The notes under the pieces: model-generated
The model's input: only the letters and a program-made list of their open reading frames with translations
The model's database searches: none
Told to the model about the DNA's origin: nothing
NCBI RefSeq assembly: GCF_009914755.1
Contig: NC_060940.1
Reading direction: 5' to 3' (one strand)
Source: the human T2T-CHM13v2.0 reference genome, Homo sapiens
Length of the DNA: 64,000 nucleotides
Part shown: piece after piece, positions 46,721 to 57,065 of the stretch
Numbering within the stretch: position 1 is the stretch's first letter
How the letters are laid out: each line of letters starts with the position of its first letter
Program-made: the position numbers and the translations under genes

Positions 46721-49700
46721 GTATCACAATGAGCAGGAAACATACTTGATGAAATATTTTCAAAGGAGTATATTCAATTACCATCTACAATCAACTTAAC
46801 TATGACAACAAAGTTTTTGTGACAAATTTTTTTTTCAGTTTGAAAGTTCCATGTGGTTCTGTTTGTTAGTCTCCATGTATTTTGGTACAGTTCGAGATCA
46901 GCATTGTTACAGTAACAAAAAAGCTAACAAGACTACATTATAGAAAAACACCAAGAACATCATTTTTGGTTTCACTTGCTCTATTTTTTTTGTTGTTTTT
47001 TGTTTTTTTTTCTTTTTGTACATTGCAAAGGCTGTTCATATACCTCTTCACCTCAGGGTCACGTTCATTTATGCTTTCTTTCCTACCCAAACTTGCCCCC
47101 CTCCCCCCTGAAGAAAGTAAACAAACAAAAAACTAGTCAAAGCTTTGTTTCACAGTGGGCAGTATCTCAGCGCCAACAAACAACTCAATTTATGCTTCTA
47201 TTTAAAATGTTTTAATTTATTATTTAAAAAAAATATATGTCCATGAACATCAAGTGCACTGGCTTGGGTCACTGCCTCTCTCTCCTGCAACTTCCTGCCA
47301 TGCCTGATAAACTCAGGTTTAAACACATGCCGTCTGTTTTACTTTATTTTCAATTGTGTAAAACTTTGGCCACATTCATCTCTTTAAATAGCTTGTAATT
47401 AAAAAAAAAATTCCTAGATGTATTAAATTTTTCCTTGTGTAGATATGTGGTTTTTGGAAGGATGGAGGAAAGATGGATGAAATAACTCCCATTCTGTGGG
47501 TCAGACTGGTGTCTAGCACCAACCCACACTATAGGGAGAAAACCAAAAAACGAGTGTCAATGGAGGTGAAGAACTAATTTAAAAAGCAAGTGGAAATATA
47601 TCCTACCCAGCTACCTACAATGCAGCAGACAGGAATAAATTCCCCAAGTGAGATAAAGCTAAACAAACAGTTGAGCATTGTAGTGAATTCATGCTTTGTA
47701 AATAGTACTGGTCATAGCCACGATGGCTGTCAGCCCACAAACATCTAACTCATGTTTGACCTCTAATGTTCACCATCACTGACTGCTTTGCTACTTCTGG
47801 GTTAGTGCTGAGAATTATTCTTACTTTTTTCAATGAACATATATGTGGGCGGTTTAGTTGCAGAGGAAAGCATTAAGGGTGCAACCCACTCCAGGTTGAA
47901 ACAATCACATAACCCCTCTGAGAACACTAGGTGGGTGGAAGTGTGCTCAGCCAATCTATTCAACCACCTTATTGTCGCCAAACACCCACAGCTCAAGGCA
48001 TGGCATAACAAAACACTGACAGTCACTCTGCCTCACAGAGGGAGGATGGCATAGTAGCTCCATGAAAAAAAAAAACAAAAACAAAAACAAAAACCCAAAC
48101 CATCAGGGAGGGGGCAGCAAAATTATAAAGAAAAGAACTTAAAAGTTGAGGGGGGAGGGAAAAGGATAGAAATTGCACTATTACCAAGCAATATCATTTT
48201 TAAAAACAACGTTTTCAGAGAAGACCTAGCAGAATTTGACAGGTAAAGCTAGTGTTACATTGTTAACTGATATCACATAGAGAACCAAAAACAAAAACAA
48301 TTTTTTTTCTATATGGTACAGACACAGAGTAACATACAACAGTTAAATGGCAAAAAATATATATATATATATTTCATAGAGTTACAAACAAGATAAAATA
48401 ATGGAAAACAAAAAACTGTACAACTTTAAAATTTAAAAATGTTCATCTCAAACACAGGAAGAAATACAAGATTTCTTGTTAAAAGGAAATAGCTTGTTAA
48501 AACAGTAAATGTTTTGCGTACTTGCTTTTGACACCTTATGCTACAACTGGATACTGGTATGAATAGTTAGATGGTATTCTTTCTTTAGTATTTCTACTTA
48601 AAAAAAACAATTAAAAAAGGAATTTGCACTGTGCATCAGCCTAGTTAGAAATATGTACAACATTTCAGGATCTACTATTTCATTAAACTAAAAACAAATT
48701 CATAAAAATAAAATAGTCCCGGCTAAAAAAGAAAAAAAGAAAAAAAATCCATTTTCAGATCTTGGAATGCTCCAGTCTTTTGCAAAGTCGATGAGTGGCT
48801 TCAGCACTGGGGAAAGAAGCCCGAAAGGTGACCAATGGAACCTGTATTCACAGTCTTCAAAGTTCCCTTTTGAAACATAAGGAAGAAAACGAAGGGAAGA
48901 AGGATTTCACACTTTGGGGGCAAGGGGAGATGGTTTCTGTTGATGTTTAGCTATGAAAGTGAAACAGCAAAGCATCTATTTATTTGTCTCCAAAATCTAT
49001 GTTTTAGCAGCACAAAGTTTTCAAAGTTCAGACCATTTATTTATTTTTCTTTTTACATGAGAAAGGGTGTGTGTTAACAGGAATATGGATATTAACAGAA
49101 ACAAGTGCCTCACATACAGTTCCTTTTTTGCTTTCTGTACACTGCTATCTGCTGCTTTGTTGGCTGCGCTCTGGATCACTCGCTGCTCAGACTGCCTAAC
49201 ACAAGGACAAAACTTTGAAGTAAAAAATGTGTCTTTTGGTATATGGAATTGTCATTAACATTTGCCTCTCTGCTTGCAGAAGAAGCACATAACAACCTGG
49301 GAATCTTTTGTTTTTCTCTTTCTTTTATTAAACTAAGTCTTGTTTGTTTAAATCAGAAACAAATTCTCAAGTAACAAGAACCCTTTCCCTTTTTTCTGCA
49401 TCAGCAGTGAAAGGGTGTGTCTTTGGATTTTATTTAAAGCATGAAATTTTTTTTTCTGAGAGAGGAAAGAAAAAACAAACACAAAACCAAAAACCAAATC
49501 CCTAACCAAAAACTTTTTTTAGAAAAGAAAAGTACACAGCCAATTACACAAATGGAAACAAATCCTTTAGTATAGAAAAAAAAAGAATATTTGAAGCTCC
49601 TACCAAACAAGGAGGAAAAGAAGGGGTACAAAGAAAAGCCAAAAGAAGGATAAATAAAAAATAAATGCACAAAGCTAACAGACACAGGTAACTAGAATTA

Positions 49701-49874
49701 TATGCCTTTAAAAAGTTTCAACTCCCCAACCAAAAATAATCTGTGAGGATCCTAATGACCCCTAGAATCCCTTGAAATTCTTTCTTTAGTTTTATAAAAT
49801 AATTCTGCAGCTCCCTCTAAGAAATGAAGGCAGCTACCTTAAGTGGGAGATTATAGGACGGGAGGTGGGAGAAG

Positions 49875-49929
49875 GAAAGAGAAAGTGGAATTAAGGGACA
49901 AGAAAGAGAAAGTGGAATTAAGGGACAAG
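49875..49929. repeat. Perfect 27-bp tandem duplication in the 3'UTR
   Basis: gaaagagaaagtggaattaagggacaa at 49875 and 49902. Confidence 0.95.
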
Positions 49930-50971
49930 GGGAGAAAAGCTTAGGCGAATCAACGGATTGCAATCTATCATCTGCTAGGAATGAACAAGACAACATCAAA
50001 TGAGGAGCTGTCAGCTGGACCATACAAAAAGCTAAATGTACACAAAAGGTTTTTTTTTTTTTTTCCTTTTAAATCTACCATACTGCTTCAGTTCATTTCC
50101 AATGCAACAATCTACTCAACACCAAAAATGGTCATATCTATCATAAATACAGAAAGTCAGTTTTTAAAACTTATTTTTTTTAAGCTACAAGTCCTCAACA
50201 CTCTTTGTGTGTGTGGGTTATTATTTTTTTTTTTTTTTGAAAGTGGGAGTGCTTAACTTTTCCCCTTGAAATTGGCTTCAGCAGAAAAGCTATCCTTAAA
50301 AATCCCCAGAAAGCTAAAGCAGTTCACATTGTTTTTCTTGAATACTTTCTGCCCATTTTTAAGTTAACAAAACAAAAAATCTTTTCTGGAACAAAAAAAA
50401 AAAAAAAAACTGAAAAAACAATAATATATAAAACAATGATTCTGAAAACAAAGTGTGAGCGATTGACCTGAGAATAAAAAGACATTACATTTCTTTTTTT
50501 CTTTTAGCAAGCCATTGGTATCTGAATGCTAAGATAGCAAGAAATTTAAAACTGTAACAAGGTGGACTGCTTTCCCATACAGTGCATGCCGGGCTCCTCT
50601 GTGCTATCAGCGTGGGGCGTTTATTGAAAAGGGGCAAATATACAAGGGGTTTAAGCTCCAAAGACATTAGGGAGGCCCTGCGGACTTCTGTTTCCCAGAC
50701 CAATAGTACCTTCAAAAGGACACAATGTAACAGGGTTAGGGCTTTTTTTTTTTTTTTAATATTAAAAGAAAAGAAAAAGACAAGAATGTAAAATCACCGG
50801 CATAGATAGGTATATGGGAAAACAACCCACGCTTTTTCTTTTTTTTCTTTTTTTTTTTTTTTTTGTTTTTTGGTTAGAAGCTTTGGAATTGCAGTTAGTC
50901 TATTTTTGAAATTGGTTTGTTATTAATTTTTGTATTTAAATTCATTTGTTTGTATTGTTCATCTTCAAAGC

Positions 50972-52659
50972 TTACAATCTGAAGGTGTCCGTTCCTACAC
51001 TGGTCAGACCACTGTCCTTGGGGCAGCTGGGGTCTTTGGGACCCTCCACCGGGCTCGCCGGTCCGTCGGACTTTTGGCTGAGATCCGTGTCAGACTCCTC
51101 CGAATAGTCGTCTGTTGGCATCGAGGGCTGAACCCCTGAGGTGCTGCATGAACTTGAGGTAACCGTTGAAGATGAGGAGAGAGGAGGAAAAGAAGGGGGC
51201 TTCGCTGCCGAAGCCCGGGAGACCACTTGCGGCCAAGACTTCCTGGAGGCGTGGGGGGAAGCGGAGGAGGGGGCGGCGGCCGACGGGGGAGGGGGGCTGT
51301 CGTTTGAGTGAGCGGCAGACTGCGAGGTAGATGCGGTGCTAGGATCGGGGAAGCAGGCAGAGTGAGGTAATAAACTAGGGTGCTCTTTGGCGTTTCTTGC
51401 TGCTCTCGTGATTGTTCTGTGTTTGTGCAAGGCCGACTCGAGATGTTGACTCAGAGCTTCCTCCCCACAGAGCGCGCTCTCGCACGCCAGGCAGTGGTAC
51501 GAGCCGCCGCCGCCGCCGCCGCCGCCGCCACCGCCGCCGCCGCCGCCACTGCCACCGCCGCCGCCGCCGGTGGGGACGTGAAGCACCATCTCTTGCAGGT
51601 TCACCACAGACTGGCCGAAGAAGCAGAGGGACTTCAGGTGGCTCCTCGCTGCCTCCTCGTCGCTGAAGCCCGCCTGGCACTTGCGGCAGACCAACTTGTA
51701 CTGCACCTTTGGAACAATGAAGGGGTCGTAGAGGGAGTCCGCACTTTTGCTTTCTGCTTCTGGCTCTTCAGGGAGTTTCGGCAGGAGGGGGGACACCTCA
51801 CGGGGGGTGTTTTTCTGTTCTTCTGGTTTGGGGGATTCTTTGGCAGGGTCTTTGTCTGGGGAAGGAGCCCCGGGGGGGACTGGGGTTTGGCTTGCTTTGG
51901 GCTGCTGCTGCTGCACTTTTTGCTGCTGCTGCTGCTGTAGTTGCCGCTGCTGCTGCTGCTGAATTGCCTCCTGCAGACTCTGCTGGTATTGCTGGTACTG
52001 CTGCAGTAGGGAGCCTGGGGACAGCCCCATCAGGGCCTGCGACAGTGCAGGGCTGTAGGGGAACAGGCCTTCCATGCCATACATAGGCTGCAGGTACCCG
52101 CTCTGCAGGGCGCCAGGGATCTGGGGAGCATAATAAGGAGAAAAGCCTGGTACAAAGTAAGGAAGGAACTGGCTTGTGAGCAATGCTGTGGGGTCCGAAG
52201 TCAACGCGGCCTGCAGGGCCTGCAGCTGTGCAGGGTCTACCGCATACTCCATGGTGGGCAGCGGGGCTGAGATCGTGGCTGCAGTTGCCGTGGGGGCCTC
52301 TCCTTTCTCCTTCTTGGGGACAGGCAGGGGTTCCCCTTTCCCTTTGTGTGCCTTTTCCTTCTCCTTTACTTTCTCACTGTCTTTGTCCTTGCGTTGCTGC
52401 TGCTGTTGCAGTGGGAGCTGTGGTGTGGGTGGCGGCTGGGCTGCTGGCGGCGGGGGAGGCTGCTGCACCTGTGGTTGCTGCTGCTGCTGCTGCTGCTGGG
52501 GGGGTTGCTGAGGGCCCATCGCCATCGTGGCTTGTGCTGGGGTTGGGGAGCTCAGCGACGCTGAGGACGGTTTATTTGGTAATCCAGAAGTGGGGAGGCC
52601 AGGGGAAGGAACAGTTGTGCTGGGCAGACCCATCAAGTTCGGCTTAGGAGACGTTAAAG
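50972..52659 (-). CDS. ZFHX3: ZFHX3 last coding exon (exon 10) through TAA stop; Q/P-rich region, two zinc fingers, poly-Gly tract, C-terminus ...VGTDTFRL
   Basis: Acceptor TTCTGTCTCCATTCCTTTCAG|CTTTAACG (AG at 52661-52660) gives ...[17 protein letters not shown], continuous with the 554-aa ORF; stop TAA at 50974-50972. Confidence 0.98.
51040..51720. promoter_or_regulatory. CpG-island-like segment inside the last coding exon
   Basis: Visibly GC-rich and CpG-dense relative to the CpG-depleted remainder; includes the GGC repeat. Observed/expected CpG not computed. Confidence 0.7.
51503..51568 (-). repeat. ZFHX3: Coding GGC repeat (SCA4 locus): (GGC)4 GGT GGC AGT (GGC)5 GGT (GGC)9 = 22 units, encoding G6-S-G15
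   Basis: Counted directly from the sequence. Confidence 0.97.
52475..52498 (-). repeat. ZFHX3: Coding (CAG)7CAA repeat encoding Q8
   Basis: Counted directly from the sequence. Confidence 0.93.
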
Positions 52660-52797
52660 CTGAAAGGAATGGAGACAGAAATCACCGGTCAGTCTGGGCA
52701 GGGGTAGGGCTGAAGCTCAAGACGTTTTACCGGTGTCACTGGCACACAGTTTGAGATGTCAAGGCTTGAAGGATCCTCTCAAAACGAACATTTCCAA

Positions 52798-53100
52798 CAG
52801 AAGTATCCCACCAGGCTCAGGGCTGGACAACCTTGTATTCTAATGAGGACTCAGTCCTAGGTCAGCTCCCATACTTCCCCTTTCAGCCAAACAACTTCCA
52901 GAAGTATCCCACCAGGCTCAGAGCTGGACAACCTTGTATTCTAATGAGGACTCAGTCCTAGGTCAGCTCCCATACTTCCCCTTTCAGCCAAACAACTTCC
53001 AGAAGTATCCCACCAGGCTCAGGGCTGGACAACCTTGTATTCTAATGAAGATTCAGTCCTGGCTAGCTCCCATACTTCCCCTTCCAGCCAAACAACTTCC
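52798..53100. repeat. Tandem repeat, 3 x 101 bp, in the last intron
   Basis: Unit cagaagtatcccaccaggctcagggctggacaaccttgtattctaatgagg...cagccaaacaacttc starts at 52798, 52899 and 53000. Confidence 0.95.
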
Positions 53101-54954
53101 AACACCTTCCTGCCCAATGTGCCACACCCGCTAGTTCACATTTTCTTTGCCAAGTACTCCCAGCTACCATTCACTCTGCCCAACTGCAATTAGTCTAGAG
53201 GCCCCAAAGCTAGCTGTTTCTAGCTGGGGCCCATTTGCACCAAAGGCCTTCATCACAAAAATAGTATGGCCACGAGGTCCCCAGAGAAGTTATCTGGAGG
53301 AGAGCGGCAACAGGAGAAGAGAGAACGAAGGCAAGAAAGCTAGCACGGCCACATGAACAAAAACAAAACAGGCTCTACAGGTGTTCCTCCTCTCTGACCT
53401 CTGTTGCTGCAGCTGACTGGATGCTTTCGGAGGGTAGAGAGAAGATGATGAATAGGAAAGTGTGGAGGAAGGGCCTGGGAAGAAATAAGAACAATCCATT
53501 CAGGGAAAATTGCTTCCATGCCTTGGCCCAGCTGACCTGCTTCAACAAGTCTACTCAACAGTATAACCGCCTAGGAATAGGAATCTGGAATCTGCGGGAG
53601 AAACGACCATCTTCTTTTCCTGCCCCTGTTTGAATGATACACAGGAGGGCCAGTGGGACTGTAGATGGTTGAGAAACAACCGCAGGAAAAGCAGAAAAGC
53701 CATGTCAGAAGTGGAATAGCCCAAGATACTGACACCAATTCCCAAGACATCACAACCTACCCGAAGCACCACTGCCTATGGATAGCAAAGGTCTGACCAT
53801 ATCACCAGGCCCTCATGGGCTAGAATCCCATCCTTGATCATACCCCTAATCTACCACCACTCCCTGCAACGCCTTCACCAACCCGAGAGCCTAATACCCT
53901 CCCTGACCCATAGCTATCTCCTGGTTTGAGTCACCAGGTCCAAGGTAATGCAAGAGGGTGTTGCTACGGATGGTACTCCAAGCTTCAGGTGTGTTGAGAC
54001 TAGCAAGATAGTAGGTAAGGACAGCATGGGGGTGGGGTGCAGTGTGTGCTGGACGATGAAAAGCTGAGAAAACAAAGAGGAGGATCCCACAGGCAACAGC
54101 TCTCAGAACACCTCTATATTCACCATATCCAAGAAACTTGATGGTATATACATCTCTTCAGAGGACACCAAAATGCAAAATCAAAATCTTACTTCATCTG
54201 GACCTCACCTGCTGGAAAGCTGGGGAAGGAGTTCCATAACATGACACTGAGGAAAAAAAAGCAAGAAAAAGCACTCTGAAGCCCAGACTTGGGGGAAGAC
54301 TGCAGATTTCTGGCTATCATGGTAGTGTTCACCATCAAAACCCTCAGATTTCAGACGAAAAGAACAAGACTGCTTCAAATTGCCAATCCCAGACAAACAG
54401 CTGTTAATACTGGATAGCCAAGGAGAAAGGTTCCTTCAGCATCTCATCATGCAGTGTCCTCAGTGCACATAAGACACCAGAGAAGATATGTGTGACTCTA
54501 CTCAGAAAAGCTTAGTAAAGACTTGTTGGTTAAATTGGCACAAACAAGACAGAGTAGATTATGAGTTCTAAACTTGGGACATGGCTCTGTCTCCACTAGG
54601 CAATGGGTCTGCTCTCAGTGGGGCAAGGAAGGAATATTTAGAGATTTCCCCATCCCCATGGCTCCAGACTTCTAGGAGAAAGATTCAGGTCAAAAAGCCT
54701 TAAACTGTGTGTCTTCAACTGATGGTCTATATAAGAGGTTCAAATTTTAAGAAACGTTTACGAATCTCTACTATTTACCAAGCCTTGCACTAGCCATGCT
54801 AGACACAGTAGCTCAACACACTCACAACTCTGTGACATCCTTTTTCTGATCTGTAAGATCAGAATCAGGCAAGGTACTTCATCCCCCCTAGACTTACTCC
54901 TACAAATCTGGAGTCACACTGACCCTGTGGGATTATGGTCACACACATCAGACG

Positions 54955-55420
54955 TGTGACCCTGGGACTTTCGGTTGAACTCTTGGAACCTCAGCTTTCC
55001 ATAACAGATGGTTATGAGGATTAAAGGAAAGACCACATTGATAGAAAAAGCTTAGCATTGGGCCTGACATATAATAGATGTTTAATAAACACAAGTTTGT
55101 TCCTTCCCTCCCATTCCAGATCCGGTGTTTTTGAGAACTGTGTTACGGTCAGGTGATGATAACTGGGGCATGTCTGCTGCCCTGAATAAATAAGAGCTTA
55201 TCTTTCTATCTCGAGTCCACTCTAAGTGGTCAGAACTTGAGTAGCACTAAACATATACCTGTTGACTGACTGGCTCATATTGGGTGTTGTGGAAGGAGCA
55301 CATAGCACCTGGGAGCCCAGAGGCCTGGGTGGAAGCTCTGGCTCCTACCCTAGCTTGTTGAATGGTCTTGACCTCTCTGGCCCTCAGATTTCTCATCTGT
55401 AAAACAAGCGGAATAAATCA
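54955..55420 (+). mobile_element. Two MIR fragments in the last intron (~54955-55095 and ~55290-55420)
   Basis: cctcagctttcc...gaggattaaa...gcttagca and ctctctggccctcagatttctcatctgtaaaa. Confidence 0.65.
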
Positions 55421-56267
55421 TACATTCTGATTCTACTTTTTTTTCACATTACTATGATGTGTTAAGCCTTCCCAAGCCCCTCTGCCAGGGTCCTGGGCTG
55501 CAGGGGTAATTAAATGCTTCTCTATTTTCCATAGTTTGTTTTCCTGGCTTATGTCTAGCTGGCTTTCTGTGACATGACTTGTCAACACATATAAGCAACA
55601 ACTTCTATGTCTTAATGCTTTCTTTTCTTATTCTCTTTGAATAAGAAATGGGGACCAGGAATGCAGTGGCCTTATGTTTGGTAAAACACCACTCAAAGTG
55701 TAAAATGTGGAACTAATTCAACCAGAAACTAAGATTGCTGTGGGAAGCAGCACAGCTGCTTTAACCCCTGGGAACAGGGACACATTTTGAAGGCAAGGTA
55801 GCATTAGGAGGGGTTCTCCTTTGGTGAACTGGAACTAATCAATTCAGGCCATTGTGGGGGGAATTTGCAGACTTATGTCTAAGCCTAACAGGACCCTGGA
55901 GGTGAAGGTCCAATTTAGCAAAGATGGCTGGATCCAGAGAAGATGTGAGGACAGAGAAGGAGAAACAAGAGAAGTATGTAGGAAGAACTGCAAAACTCCC
56001 TATTAAGTGAGACTATAAGAGCAACAAATATGTATGATTCTCAGTGATCAGGAGCAAGGAAAAGGAAATGGGCAAAAGGAAAAAAAAGAGGTGACTGAGG
56101 ACCTCTGAAATGTGCATCAGTATTTTAACAGAACCACATTGCCCAATACAAGATTCCTGGTCAGTGCACTCAAGTAGAACGGCCATCTTGTTAAAAACAG
56201 CCACTATTGTTCTGGCTAGAAGAGAACCCCAACATTAAGGATCTACCACATAAGACCTTCTGGTAGT

Positions 56268-56561
56268 TCTTTTTTTTTTCTTTTTTTGAGACAGTCTCGC
56301 TGTGTCACCCAGGCTGGAGTGCAGTGGCACAATCTCAAACCACTGTCTGCCTCCAGGGTTCAAGCGATTCTCCTGCCTCAGCCTCCCGAATAGCTGGGAC
56401 TATAGGTGCATACCACCACACTTGGGTAATTTTTGTATTTTTAGTAGAGATGGGGTTTCACCATGTTGGCCAGGCTGGTCTCGATTTCCTGACCTTGTGA
56501 TCTGCCCGCCTCGGCCTCCCAAAGTGCTGGGATTACAGGCATGAACCACTGCACCCGGCCC
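56268..56561 (-). mobile_element. Alu (Sc-like) in the last intron
   Basis: Reverse Alu containing ctgaccttgtgatctgcccgcc. Confidence 0.9.
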
Positions 56562-57065
56562 TGATAGCAGTTCTTTTGCCACCGTAGCTCTCTCAAGAAG
56601 GCAGGGACCCCAGGTGAGGGCAAAGAGTTGATTTAAATGCTCTTGGACCAGTTTTCTTAGGGCATAATCCAGAATTAGCTAGGACTAACTCAGGTGTCTT
56701 ATATTTACAACAAATATCTAGACAGGATCAGCATTTCCACAAGGACTGAATGAAAGGGTCTATGATAAAAACTTGTTTCTTGAAATATTCCAGAAATTAG
56801 TATGCCAGGACCCTCAAGTTTTTCCCTATTATAGGGGATAAGAGTGGTTTCAAAGGAGACTGTTCCGACCAGGAGGTCCCATCCCTGACACACCAGTACT
56901 TGGGAGACTCAACAGGAACGAACTGAAGTCTTGTTGCTTTTAAAGAACTAGAAAGGTAAGCTTCCCATCTGCCCAGCACTCAGAGGGTTTGGGTGGTATC
57001 CACATAACAGAATGCTGACTGGGCAGCTATTTAGCCCTGAAACAATCGCCTAGAGCAGAACCCAC

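Larger units (their letters stand above)
46695..50971 (-). other. ZFHX3: ZFHX3 3'UTR (~4.3 kb); distal end approximate
   Basis: Follows the stop codon; AU/U-rich, no recognisable interspersed repeats, many U tracts. Ends near an ATTAAA with a downstream GU-rich element. Length agrees with my recollection of the ~16-kb mRNA. Confidence 0.8.
52660..57065 (-). other. ZFHX3: ZFHX3 last intron (4,406 nt), GT...AG
   Basis: Canonical GT donor and polypyrimidine-CAG acceptor joining the two coding exons in frame. Confidence 0.96.

Noticed and set aside
52798-53100. 3x101-bp array (and the LTR12 internal repeats) as CRISPR-like arrays
   Set aside because: Head-to-tail repeats without unique spacers, in eukaryotic DNA with no cas genes; the LTR12 units are part of the family consensus.
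57031-57065. [10 protein letters not shown]-stop tail as a real C-terminus
   Set aside because: Read-through past a canonical GT donor; I found no nearby intronic AATAAA on the minus strand to support a truncated isoform.
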